Of a stretch of 64,000 bases of DNA, positions 8,025 to 17,562 are shown one piece after another. Location: contig DVFR01000046.1 of NCBI GenBank assembly GCA_018713165.1, forward strand, positions 6,637 through 70,636, in the 5' to 3' direction. A program made the translations under genes and the position numbers. The DNA is from Candidatus Coproplasma stercoravium (GTDB lineage Bacteria > Bacillota > Clostridia > Christensenellales > Borkfalkiaceae). Under the pieces are notes generated by a model that had not been told where the DNA came from, did no database searches, and saw only the letters and a list, made by a program, of their open reading frames with translations. Numbering within the stretch: the first letter of the stretch is position 1; every line of letters begins with the position of its first letter.

Positions 8025-9350
8025 ATGGTTCACGTATTTAAATATAAAACGCATAACTACATATACGATACGGGCAGCGCCAGCCTGCACGAGTGCGACG
8101 AAAAGACCGCCGCATATTTAAAGGCAGCTGAGCTCGGCGAAAAACCCGCCCTCTCAGAAGAGGATATAAAGGCGGCGGCAGCCGACGTCGAAACGCTCAG
8201 AGGCGAGGGGCTCTTATACGCGCCCGAACCTGCGGCATATCCCGTAAAATCGCACGAGGTAAAGGCGCTGTGCATACACATATGCCACGACTGCAATCTC
8301 CGTTGCCGCTACTGTTTCGCCGACGAGGGCGCCTACCATTCCGCCCGCGAATTCATGAGCGAGCAGACCGCAAAGAGGGCAATCGACTTCCTCATTGAAA
8401 ACAGCGGTTCGCGCAAGGTTCTCGAAGCCGACTTCTTCGGCGGTGAGCCACTGATGTGCCTCGACACGATAAAGAGGGTGGTGGAGTACGCGCGCGGGCA
8501 AGGGGACAAGCACGGGAAAAAGTTCCTCTTCACCACGACGACCAACGGCGTGCTCTTAAACGACGACGCGGCGGACTTTTTCAATCGCGAGATGGAGAAC
8601 GTCGTTTTATCGCTCGACGGCAGAAGGGAAGTGCACGACGCCATCAGAAAGACGGTAAACGGCAAGGGCAGCTTCGACCTGTGTTTCAAAAACATAAAAA
8701 AATTCGTTGAAACGCGCGGCGACAAGAGCTATTACGTGCGCGGCACGTTCACGGCGAAAAATCTCGACTTTTCGAACGACGTGATGTTCCTCGCCGAAAG
8801 CGGGTTCGACTCCATCTCCATGGAGCCCGTCGTAACCGACATCCCCGATTTGCAGATAAGGGCTGAGCACCTTCCGCGCATCTGCGAGGAGTACGAGGTG
8901 CTGTGCGAAAAGTATCTCGACGCATACAGGGCGGGCAAGGGCTTCAATTTCTTCCATTTCAATATCGACCTGGAGGGCGGGCCCTGCCTTTCAAAGCGCG
9001 TATCTGCGTGCGGCGCGGGCAACGAATATTTCTCCGTCGTTCCGAACGGCGACATATATCCCTGCCACCAGTTCGCGGGCAACAAAGATTTTTACATGGG
9101 CAACGTTTACGAAGGCAGGCTCGACGAAAATATCCGTTCGCGATTCGCCTCGTCATGCCTCTTCACGCGCAAAAAATGCGACGGCTGTTTTGCCAAGTTC
9201 ATATGCAGCGGCGGTTGCAGCGCCAACAACTACAATTTCACGGGCGATATAGAGCAGCCCTACGAAATCACCTGCGCCATGATGAAAAAGAGAATAGAGT
9301 GCGCAATGCACATTCTCGCCGAAAAGAAGCGCCTTGCGCAAAAGGCATAA
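8025..9350 (+). CDS. scfB: SCIFF radical SAM/SPASM thioether maturase
   Basis: 441 aa. Has the radical-SAM motif CHDCNLRCRYC and a Cys-rich SPASM C-terminus (CGAG..YPCHQF..CDGCFAKFICSGGC). It lies directly downstream of scfA. Confidence 0.9.
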   Translation: MVHVFKYKTHNYIYDTGSASLHECDEKTAAYLKAAELGEKPALSEEDIKAAAADVETLRGEGLLYAPEPAAYPVKSHEVKALCIHICHDCNLRCRYCFADEGAYHSAREFMSEQTAKRAIDFLIENSGSRKVLEADFFGGEPLMCLDTIKRVVEYARGQGDKHGKKFLFTTTTNGVLLNDDAADFFNREMENVVLSLDGRREVHDAIRKTVNGKGSFDLCFKNIKKFVETRGDKSYYVRGTFTAKNLDFSNDVMFLAESGFDSISMEPVVTDIPDLQIRAEHLPRICEEYEVLCEKYLDAYRAGKGFNFFHFNIDLEGGPCLSKRVSACGAGNEYFSVVPNGDIYPCHQFAGNKDFYMGNVYEGRLDENIRSRFASSCLFTRKKCDGCFAKFICSGGCSANNYNFTGDIEQPYEITCAMMKKRIECAMHILAEKKRLAQKA

Positions 9351-9418
9351 AAACCTGCGCCGCAAAGGTGAAATTTTGCAATTTCGCCTAATTTTTAGGT
9401 TATCAAACGGGTAATTGA

Positions 9419-9447
9419 TTGACGGCGCGCTTAAATTTTACTATAAT
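9419..9447 (+). promoter_or_regulatory. sigma-A-type promoter candidate for secDF
   Basis: TTGACG, 17 nt, TATAAT. Confidence 0.5.
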
Positions 9448-9523
9448 AAAGAAGTTGATTTTCGTTTAAATTTTCGTTTATTCGCTGCGGCGCTGTTGCG
9501 GTGCCGTTTAAACGATAAGGAGA

Positions 9524-11107
9524 ATGCAGATGGGCAAGATTAAATCTGCCATAATCACCGCGATAGTTGTGCTCGCAACGGCCGCTCTGTTTTTGTTCGG
9601 AGTTGTCTCGTGCGAACTTCCCGACGGTGTAAACAGGTATAATTCAATACTCTCAAACGTTCATCTCGGCAGCGAGCTTACGGGCGACGCCTACGCGACG
9701 CTTCTGCCCGAAGGCGTTATAACGGCGGAGGAGTACGACTTCACCGTCGCTGACGAGGGCGACAAGGCCGACGAGTACAGGGACACCTACGTTCCCTCCG
9801 GAAGCGGCGCTTACTACGTTGACCGCGACACGCTCGGCTCTTACACCGACGACGGAACTGCGGATACCGATGCCGATGTTGAATCTGCGCTCGCGGCGCT
9901 TGCGGAGGAAGTGGAGTCCGACGCGGCAAAACTTGCCGAAAGGTTTGCCTCCCGCAACTACACCTCGTATTCGGTTAGCGCGGCAGACGGCTGCGCAATC
10001 CGCGTCAACGTTCCCACGAACTTCACCTATGCGGCGTATACGGGCAGCGACAACAGCTCGCGCACCGATTCGCTCTCAGAAGTAAGCACGGCCATAAATT
10101 ATCTTACGCTCGGCGGCGAGCTCACGCTCAGGAACAACGAGTACGGCATAAGGGACAACGTCTCTGCGGTACAGTCCGCCGAAGGCTCCACGGTTACGCG
10201 CAATATTCTCAAACCCTCGCTCAGCGTGTCCGACGTCATTTCAAGCGCGTCGTACTATGCGGCGGGCGGCTCGTATGCGGTGAGAATAAATCTCACATCC
10301 GCAGGCCGCGACGAAATTTCGAGGGTTACGGCGATAATTGCCGATACCGACCAGGTGAGCGACCAGTATATCAGGTTCTACGTCGGCGAAACGAACGTTA
10401 TCAACCTCACGTGCGACAGCCAGATGACCGAAGGCAGCTTCTACATTCAGGTCAGCGACGAAGAGACGGCGCGCAACTATGCCTCCCTTCTCAACTCGGC
10501 GGCAAACGGCGGCGACCTCTCGCTCATATACAGCTACGACGAAGTTGTATACGGCAGCGCAGTTTCGGGCGTAAATTCGGCGATGTTCCTCGCGATAGCC
10601 GTTCTCGTTATTTTCGCCGCTCTCGCGGCGTTCGCGATAGCGCGCTACCGCCGTCTCGGACTTGTGTTCTCGCTCATCGCGCTTCTGTTCTGCTCGGCCG
10701 TTATAGCCGTAATATATCTCGTGGGCACCACGCTCACGACGCTCGGCGTGTTCACCGCGCTGCTCACGCTCGCCGTATTTGCGGGCACCAACTTCTGGTC
10801 GTATGAGGCGATAAGAAAGGAGAGCGAAGCAGGCAGAACGTTGCAGGCCTCGGTAAAGCTCGGCTACAAAAAGACTCTCACCGGCATACTCGAGCTGCAC
10901 ATAGTGCTCCTCGTAATTTCTGTAATGCTCGCGCTCATAGGCGTAGGCGAAGTTGCGGCTTGCGGCATGGTGCTCCTCATCGGCATCCTCGCGTCCTACC
11001 TTCTTCACTGGTTCACCTGCTTCATGTGGTACGTAACCATGTCGCCCGCGCGCGATAAATATAAGTTCTGCGGTTTCAGCAGGGAGGCGTTCGAAGAAGA
11101 TGACTAA
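9524..11107 (+). CDS. secD: protein translocase subunit SecD (divergent, with a large extracytoplasmic domain)
   Basis: 527 aa. N-terminal TM, a long D/S/T-rich external domain and a C-terminal 5-TM SecD_SecF-type bundle. It overlaps secF by 8 nt. Confidence 0.7.
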   Translation: MQMGKIKSAIITAIVVLATAALFLFGVVSCELPDGVNRYNSILSNVHLGSELTGDAYATLLPEGVITAEEYDFTVADEGDKADEYRDTYVPSGSGAYYVDRDTLGSYTDDGTADTDADVESALAALAEEVESDAAKLAERFASRNYTSYSVSAADGCAIRVNVPTNFTYAAYTGSDNSSRTDSLSEVSTAINYLTLGGELTLRNNEYGIRDNVSAVQSAEGSTVTRNILKPSLSVSDVISSASYYAAGGSYAVRINLTSAGRDEISRVTAIIADTDQVSDQYIRFYVGETNVINLTCDSQMTEGSFYIQVSDEETARNYASLLNSAANGGDLSLIYSYDEVVYGSAVSGVNSAMFLAIAVLVIFAALAAFAIARYRRLGLVFSLIALLFCSAVIAVIYLVGTTLTTLGVFTALLTLAVFAGTNFWSYEAIRKESEAGRTLQASVKLGYKKTLTGILELHIVLLVISVMLALIGVGEVAACGMVLLIGILASYLLHWFTCFMWYVTMSPARDKYKFCGFSREAFEEDD

Positions 11108-12098
11108 GTTCAGATTTTCCTCCAAAATGCACCTGTTCATAATAATCTCGGCGATAATAGTGGCCATCGGCCTTGCCGTCGGCCTCGTATGCCGGTTCAC
11201 GGCAAACGGGTTCTTCAATCCCGGCGCCGACTACGCCTCGTACAGAGCGGTGAGGGTGGAATATACCATGCCTTTCACCGAAGAGCAGGTTTCCGAAATC
11301 TGCGAGAGCGCCTTCGACGAAAACGGCGTAAGCTACTACGCGTCCGTTTCGGCGAGCAACGCGGGCGGCAGCGAGGTCGAATACAGGTTCGCAAGCTCCG
11401 TCGACGAAGCCGCGCTCAAAGCCGCGGCAGAGAGCATTAACTCGCAGGTCGGCTTAAACAGCGACCTTTTGGGTTCGGCTTACTACTCGAAATTCACCGC
11501 CGAATTCGGCGGCGCGAACGACATGATGTATGCAGGCATTGCGCTTGCCGCGGCCGTCGTTTTCCAGTTCCTTTACTTTGTAATAAGGTATAAATTCACC
11601 ATGGCGATATCGGCGTTTATCGCCGACCTTCACAACCTCGCGCTGTTCTATGCGCTCGTTGCCATAACGCGCGTGCAGGTTTCGCTGTCGGTCGTAGCCA
11701 TGTCGGTATTCGTTGTGCTTTTAACGATGGTATGCTGCGGCATACTCTTCGATAAGATGCGCAAAAATTTCAGGCAGGACGGTTACAAGGCAATGTCCTC
11801 GTTCGAGCAGGTCGACGCCGCCTCGCGCGAAAGCTTTAAGCTCGTAACGCTCATCAACGTCGTTCTTGCCGTTGCATTCCTCGTAATGCTCATATTCGGC
11901 CTGTTCGCAGGCTCCGGCATATACGGCATATTCATGCCCTGCGCGGGCGGCATAATCGCTGCCGCTGTGTGCGAATACGGAACCATGTTCTTCACTCCTT
12001 CCGTATATTCCCGCCTCAAAAAACGCGCCGACGACTATGCCGCAAAAAAGGCGTCGCGTTACAGCGGTGCAAAAAAATCGGTAAAACCGGCCGAATAA
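11100..12098 (+). CDS. secF: protein translocase subunit SecF
   Basis: 332 aa. SecF-like topology and a SecD_SecF C-terminal bundle (FVIRYKF..., FDKMRKNF). Confidence 0.75.
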   Translation: MTKFRFSSKMHLFIIISAIIVAIGLAVGLVCRFTANGFFNPGADYASYRAVRVEYTMPFTEEQVSEICESAFDENGVSYYASVSASNAGGSEVEYRFASSVDEAALKAAAESINSQVGLNSDLLGSAYYSKFTAEFGGANDMMYAGIALAAAVVFQFLYFVIRYKFTMAISAFIADLHNLALFYALVAITRVQVSLSVVAMSVFVVLLTMVCCGILFDKMRKNFRQDGYKAMSSFEQVDAASRESFKLVTLINVVLAVAFLVMLIFGLFAGSGIYGIFMPCAGGIIAAAVCEYGTMFFTPSVYSRLKKRADDYAAKKASRYSGAKKSVKPAE

Positions 12099-12110
12099 TC
12101 TTGCAACTTA

Positions 12111-12144
12111 AAAGGGGCGGGGCTTATTACCTCGCCCTTTTTTG
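12111..12144 (+). terminator. intrinsic terminator after secF
   Basis: aaaggggcg...cgccc followed by tttttt. Confidence 0.5.
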
Positions 12145-12222
12145 CTTACACCGCGCTTTTTCGTGTTATAATTGTTATAAATAAGATATATCCGCGGCAT
12201 TTTTGCCGCTTTAATGTAAAAG

Positions 12223-14535
12223 ATGAAGAGAATACTCCCGGAATTTGAATTTTCCGAAGAACAAAGGCGCGGGATAGGCGCCCTCGCCTCGGCGTGCAAT
12301 TTATCGCAGACTGCGGCGGCAATACTGTACGGAAGGGGCGTAAACACGCCCGAAAAGGCGGAGGCGTTCATTCACCCCTCAAAGTCGCACTTCATATCGC
12401 CCTTTAAAATGCGCGGAATGCAGGAGGCGTGCTCGCTCATAAAGCTCGCCCGCGACGAGGAGTGGGACGTGCTCGTCTACGGCGACTACGACGCCGACGG
12501 CGTTTGCGCGTCTACAATCATGGGCGGCGCGCTTAAAGATTACGGCGTAAACGTCCGCGTGTACGTTCCCGAAAGGCGCAACGGCTACGGCGTTACCGTC
12601 GCCGCGATTGACGAGATATTCGAAGATTATTTCCCCCAGCTCGTTATAACGGTCGACTGCGGTATATCCAACGCCGAAGAAGTCGAGTATTTAAAGGAGA
12701 GCGGCTGCGAGGTAATTGTCACCGACCACCACGAACTCCCCGAAAACATCCCCGACTGCATTTGCATAAACCCCAAATTTGAGGACGGTTACCCCTACGA
12801 CAATCTCTGCGGCGCGGGCGTGGCTTTCAAAGTTGCCTGTGCGCTGAACGGCAAGTCTGCGTATAAATATCTCGACTTCGCCGCTCTCGCCACCGTTGCC
12901 GACAGCGTGCCCCTTATGGGCGAAAACCGCGACATAGTGGCGGAGGGGCTTAAACTTATAAACACTTCGCCGCGCAAGTGCTTTTCCAACTTTTTAACAA
13001 AGACGCAGGACGGCGCCGACGCGCACACCCTCGCCTTTACGATAGCCCCCAAGATAAACGCGGCGGGCAGAATGGGCGACGCGGCCTCCGCGCTCGCGCT
13101 CTTTTCCGAAACTGACGAAAAGGCGGTGTTCGAACTCTCCGCCCGTCTCACCTCATATAACCAGGAGCGCCAGCTTAAATGCGACGAGCTGTATAACCAG
13201 GCCAAGGCAAAGCTTTCCGAGCGCGGCGCATACGGCAGGGTGATAATGCTCTGGGACGAGAGCTGGAACTCCGGCTTCGTCGGCATAGTCGCCGCACGCC
13301 TCGCCGAGGAATACGGCAGGCCGGTAATTCTGTTCGTCAACAACGGCGGAATGTTAAAGGGCTCCGCCCGCAGCATAGAGGGTGTGAACATATTCGACGC
13401 CTTAAAGGCGTGCTCCGACTTCATCTCCGAATTCGGCGGTCACTCGCAGGCGGCGGGCGTAAACGTAACCGAGGAGAATTTTGCCCTCCTTGAAGGCGCG
13501 CTCAACGAGTATATGGAGCGCACCTACACCGCCGAGGACTTTATCCCCACGATATATATCAGCGGTATGCTCGACGGCGAAAACGTGCTTCGCCTCTCGC
13601 GCGAGCTCGAAACGTTCGAGCCGTACGGCGTCGGCAACAAGCGCCCCATGTTTGCGGCAAAGGTGGAAGAGTGCCGCCCCCGCGCCATAAAGCCCTTTTC
13701 GCCCCATCTCACGTTTAAATGCGGCGGGCTGGAAATGATGTTTTTCGGCGGCGCGAAGTATGTCGAAATTCTCCGCAGTTCCGCGCCTAAAACGCTCGTC
13801 TTTGAGTATAACGTCTCCCGCTTCCGCGGCAGGGAGTATGTCCGCGGCTTCGTGCGCGACGTGATTTACTCCTCCGAAAGCGGCGGTTACGCGGGCGAAT
13901 ATATAGCTGCAAACGCCGTAATGCGCGCAGCACTCCCGCAGGTTTCCTGCTCGCCCGTATATAAAACGGCGGCGGAGATTGACAAAATTATGGAAGAGGA
14001 CGACGGCGGCTACGGCACCTTATACATCGCCGAAGACTACGCCACGCTCTCAAAATACAAAAACGCGGGCAGATTTTTTGCCGATACCTTCAACATGTCT
14101 GCAAAGAGCCTGATAAACACCGTGCTCGTCGCGCCCCGTCCCGACTGCGATTTTTCGGGTTACAGGCGCATAATCTGGCTGGATAAGCCGCTCAAAATAA
14201 CTTTCCCCTCGGCGGAGGGCAAGGAAGTTATCATCTGTTCTGATATCGACGGCTGCGCGCCGCTTGCGGGAATCGAAAGCTCGCGCGAGTCGCTCTTAAA
14301 GATATTCGCCTTTCTCTCGGCAAATTCCGGCTCGATAGAGGGTGTAAATGCCGAGGAGGCGGCGTTCGGTTTAAAAACCAACTGCCGCGTAAGCGAATTG
14401 TTGTTCGCCATAAAAGTATTTGAAGAGCTCGGGCTCGTCTCCTTTGCGGAGGGTCGCCTCGTAATATACAGGGGCATAAAAACCGACCTCAAAAATTCCG
14501 CGCTCTACAACACCGTTGCTAATATTGTATCTTGA
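12223..14535 (+). CDS. recJ: single-stranded-DNA-specific exonuclease RecJ
   Basis: 770 aa. DHH motifs VYGDYDADGV, TVDCG and VTDHHE, plus DHHA1 GGHSQAAG. Confidence 0.9.
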   Translation: MKRILPEFEFSEEQRRGIGALASACNLSQTAAAILYGRGVNTPEKAEAFIHPSKSHFISPFKMRGMQEACSLIKLARDEEWDVLVYGDYDADGVCASTIMGGALKDYGVNVRVYVPERRNGYGVTVAAIDEIFEDYFPQLVITVDCGISNAEEVEYLKESGCEVIVTDHHELPENIPDCICINPKFEDGYPYDNLCGAGVAFKVACALNGKSAYKYLDFAALATVADSVPLMGENRDIVAEGLKLINTSPRKCFSNFLTKTQDGADAHTLAFTIAPKINAAGRMGDAASALALFSETDEKAVFELSARLTSYNQERQLKCDELYNQAKAKLSERGAYGRVIMLWDESWNSGFVGIVAARLAEEYGRPVILFVNNGGMLKGSARSIEGVNIFDALKACSDFISEFGGHSQAAGVNVTEENFALLEGALNEYMERTYTAEDFIPTIYISGMLDGENVLRLSRELETFEPYGVGNKRPMFAAKVEECRPRAIKPFSPHLTFKCGGLEMMFFGGAKYVEILRSSAPKTLVFEYNVSRFRGREYVRGFVRDVIYSSESGGYAGEYIAANAVMRAALPQVSCSPVYKTAAEIDKIMEEDDGGYGTLYIAEDYATLSKYKNAGRFFADTFNMSAKSLINTVLVAPRPDCDFSGYRRIIWLDKPLKITFPSAEGKEVIICSDIDGCAPLAGIESSRESLLKIFAFLSANSGSIEGVNAEEAAFGLKTNCRVSELLFAIKVFEELGLVSFAEGRLVIYRGIKTDLKNSALYNTVANIVS

Positions 14536-14585
14536 ATTTTGCGTAAATTTTGTCGCTGACAGGATTTCGTGAAAAATGGTTATAT

Positions 14586-16721
14586 ATGAAGAACGTATTG
14601 GATAAAATCTACGAAAATTATCCCGAAGAAGAACGGGAGATGCTGCTCTCGGCTTATAAATATGCCGAACAGATGCATTCCAACCAGAAGCGCGCCTCGG
14701 GCGAGCCCTATTTCACTCACCCCTGCGCCGTCGCTGAAATACTCATCGATTTAGGCCTCGACGCACCCACCGTCGCCGCGGCTTTTCTTCATGACGTGAT
14801 AGAAGATACCCCCGCGACCAAGGACGACATAATCAGCCGTTTCGGTCAGGAGGTCTATACCCTCGTCGACGGCGTCACCAAGCTCGATAAAATTCACTAC
14901 CAGACGCACGAAGAGGAGGATATCGAAAATTTCCGCAAGATATTCGTCGCCATGGCGAACGACGTGCGCGTTATAATCATAAAACTTGCCGACAGGCTGC
15001 ACAACATGCGCTCTTTGAACTTCCTCTCGGACGAACGCCAGCAGAGGATAGCAAAGGAGACGCTCGAAATTTACACGCCGCTTGCGGGCAGGCTGGGCAT
15101 TTCGCAGATGAAGTGCGAGCTCGAGGATTTGTGCCTCAAATATCTCGACCCCAAGGCCTACGAATATCTCGTCACAAATATCCACCAAAAACTCGAAGAG
15201 CGCCGCTCGTTCATCGATGCGTGCGTGAAAGAGCTCAAAGAAATTCTCGACGAGAGCGGCATAAAGGGCGAAGTTTTCGGCAGACCCAAGCACTTCTATT
15301 CGATATATAAAAAGATGAAAAACACGGGCAAAACGCTCGACCAGATATACGACCTCTCCGCCGTGCGCGTGATTGTGAACACCACTGAGGAGTGCTACGA
15401 AGTCCTCGGCAAAATTCACAAAAAGTGGAAGCCCGTCCCCGGCAGGATAAAGGACTACATCGCAATGCCCAAGCGCAATATGTACCAATCTCTGCACACG
15501 ACGGTTGTCACCGACTTCGGCCAGATATTTGAAATACAGATTCGCACCTTCGAAATGCACCATATGGCCGAATACGGTATCGCGGCGCACTGGCGCTATA
15601 AGGAGCAGAAGGGCGGGCAGGACAACAACTTCGATGCGCGCCTCGCGTGGATACGCGACGTAATGGACTGGGAGGGCAGCACGGGCAGCGCCAAGGAGTT
15701 CGTCGAGAGCTTAAAAACCGACCTCTATACCAACGAACTGCTCGTATTCACGCCGCAGGGCAAAGTTATATCCCTCCCGCTGGAGGCGACCCCCATAGAC
15801 TTCGCCTACGCCATTCACTCTGAGGTAGGCAACAAGTGCGTGGGCGCAAAGGTGAATTCCAAAATCGTGCCTTTAAACTCCACGCTGCACACGGGCGACG
15901 TAGTCGAAATTTTAACTTCGCCCAACAGCAAGGGGCCCTCGTGGGACTGGCTCAAATACGTAAAATCAGGCTCGGCGCGCGCCAAGATAAGGCAGTTCTT
16001 CAAAAAGGAGATGAAGGAGGAGAACGCCCGCACGGGCAAGACGATGCTCGAAGCGGAGGCAAAGCGCAGGGGGTACAACCTCGGCGATATCCTCACGAAC
16101 GACTCCTTTGAAAAGCTCTCCAAAAAGCTGGTGTTCTCGTCCATGGACGAGATGTTCGCCTCCGTCGGCTACGGCGCAGTCAGCGTAAACCAGATAATAT
16201 ACAAACTGATTGACTACTACAAAAAGGCGATACCCAAGGAGCCCGGTTCCACGCTCCCCGGCAAGAGCGGCAAGGCTTCGGAATCGAGCGTGGTCGTGCG
16301 CGGCATGGGCGGGTTAATGGTGCGCTTCGCGCGGTGCTGTAACCCCGTTCCGGGCGACGATATCGTGGGGTTTGTGTCGCGAGGGAGAGGAGTAATCGTC
16401 CACCGCAAGGACTGCCCCAACTTAAAGGACTACGACCCCGACCGCATACAGCCCGCCGAATGGACTGCCGACACCGGTTCGGAGTTTATCGTCGGAATGC
16501 GCGTCGTTGCTGACGACCACGACGGGCTCGTCGCCTTCGTAACTTCGGAGATTGCGGCGATGCACCTGTCGCTCACGCAGATTGTCGGCAGACTGGATAA
16601 AAACAAGCAGGCTGTGGTAGACATAAACGTCCGCCTCAACAAGCGCTCCGATTTAGACCTTCTCATCAATCACCTCAAAAAGGATAAGCGCGTGATTGAC
16701 GTATACCGTACTTCCAACTGA
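14586..16721 (+). CDS. relA: bifunctional (p)ppGpp synthetase/hydrolase (RelA/SpoT homologue)
   Basis: I take the ATG at 14586 (MKNVLDKIYENY) as the start. It has an HD domain (HPCAVAEIL..HDVIEDT), a synthetase domain (YQSLHTTV) and TGS and ACT-like C-terminal regions. Confidence 0.9.
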   Translation: MKNVLDKIYENYPEEEREMLLSAYKYAEQMHSNQKRASGEPYFTHPCAVAEILIDLGLDAPTVAAAFLHDVIEDTPATKDDIISRFGQEVYTLVDGVTKLDKIHYQTHEEEDIENFRKIFVAMANDVRVIIIKLADRLHNMRSLNFLSDERQQRIAKETLEIYTPLAGRLGISQMKCELEDLCLKYLDPKAYEYLVTNIHQKLEERRSFIDACVKELKEILDESGIKGEVFGRPKHFYSIYKKMKNTGKTLDQIYDLSAVRVIVNTTEECYEVLGKIHKKWKPVPGRIKDYIAMPKRNMYQSLHTTVVTDFGQIFEIQIRTFEMHHMAEYGIAAHWRYKEQKGGQDNNFDARLAWIRDVMDWEGSTGSAKEFVESLKTDLYTNELLVFTPQGKVISLPLEATPIDFAYAIHSEVGNKCVGAKVNSKIVPLNSTLHTGDVVEILTSPNSKGPSWDWLKYVKSGSARAKIRQFFKKEMKEENARTGKTMLEAEAKRRGYNLGDILTNDSFEKLSKKLVFSSMDEMFASVGYGAVSVNQIIYKLIDYYKKAIPKEPGSTLPGKSGKASESSVVVRGMGGLMVRFARCCNPVPGDDIVGFVSRGRGVIVHRKDCPNLKDYDPDRIQPAEWTADTGSEFIVGMRVVADDHDGLVAFVTSEIAAMHLSLTQIVGRLDKNKQAVVDINVRLNKRSDLDLLINHLKKDKRVIDVYRTSN

Positions 16722-16737
16722 TTATTTGCCCGTCCTT

Positions 16738-16790
16738 GCCTCCCCTTGAATAGGGGAGGTGGCACGCATAGCGTGACGGAAGGGTAGATA
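16738..16790 (+). repeat. repeat family W (double hairpin), copy 1
   Basis: gcctccccttgaataggggaggtggcacgcatagcgtgacggaagggtagat. It is nearly identical to 20119-20170. Confidence 0.85.
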
Positions 16791-16867
16791 CGTGCCGCAG
16801 GAATACGCGCCCCTTGCTTTTAATTTTAATATAAAAACGACCGAGTAAAACAAGTGGAGAAATCTGT

Positions 16868-17476
16868 ATGCCGCTCACCGTTCACAAAATTTACCCTTCG
16901 GGGTTTGCCTCAAATTCCTATATCGTCACCAAAGACGGCAGGAGCGCCGTCGTCGTGGACTGCGCGCAGGAGCGCGTATGGGACAAGTGCGCCGAACTCG
17001 GGCTCATTCCCGAAGCCGTGCTTTTAACCCACGGGCACTACGACCACATCGGCGGCTGTATGCGCTTTTCCAAGTGCGGCGTGCCTATATACGTCGGCGA
17101 AGAGGAGGCGGAGAACATGTTTTCGCCCGAATTTACCTCGCTCAGTTGGTACAGGATAGAAAAATTCCCCGTAAATACCGTGCGCGGCGGGCAAACGCTC
17201 ACGCTTGCGGGGATAGATTTCAAAGTCATCTCCACCCCGGGGCACACGTCGGGCGGCGTGTGCTATCTCGCAGAGGACAACCTCTTCACGGGCGACACCC
17301 TCTTTTTCGAAAGCGTCGGCAGGTGCGACCTTCCCACGGGCAGCTATCCTCGGCTCGTCACCAGCGTTAAAAAGCTGTATGCACTCCCCGGCGGCTACAA
17401 AGTTTATTGCGGCCACGAAGAGGATACCACGCTCGAACACGAGCGCACATTCAACGCCTTTATAAGAGAAAATTAA
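16868..17476 (+). CDS. MBL-fold metallo-hydrolase
   Basis: 202 aa with the THGHYDHIGG motif. Sitting after relA is a common Firmicute arrangement. Confidence 0.8.
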   Translation: MPLTVHKIYPSGFASNSYIVTKDGRSAVVVDCAQERVWDKCAELGLIPEAVLLTHGHYDHIGGCMRFSKCGVPIYVGEEEAENMFSPEFTSLSWYRIEKFPVNTVRGGQTLTLAGIDFKVISTPGHTSGGVCYLAEDNLFTGDTLFFESVGRCDLPTGSYPRLVTSVKKLYALPGGYKVYCGHEEDTTLEHERTFNAFIREN

Positions 17477-17562
17477 ATTGCCTGCGCGGCGCGCAAAATT
17501 TCGCGTGCCGCGCATTTTAAAACCACGTTAGTTGCGGCATATGTGCCGCTCAATTTAAAATT

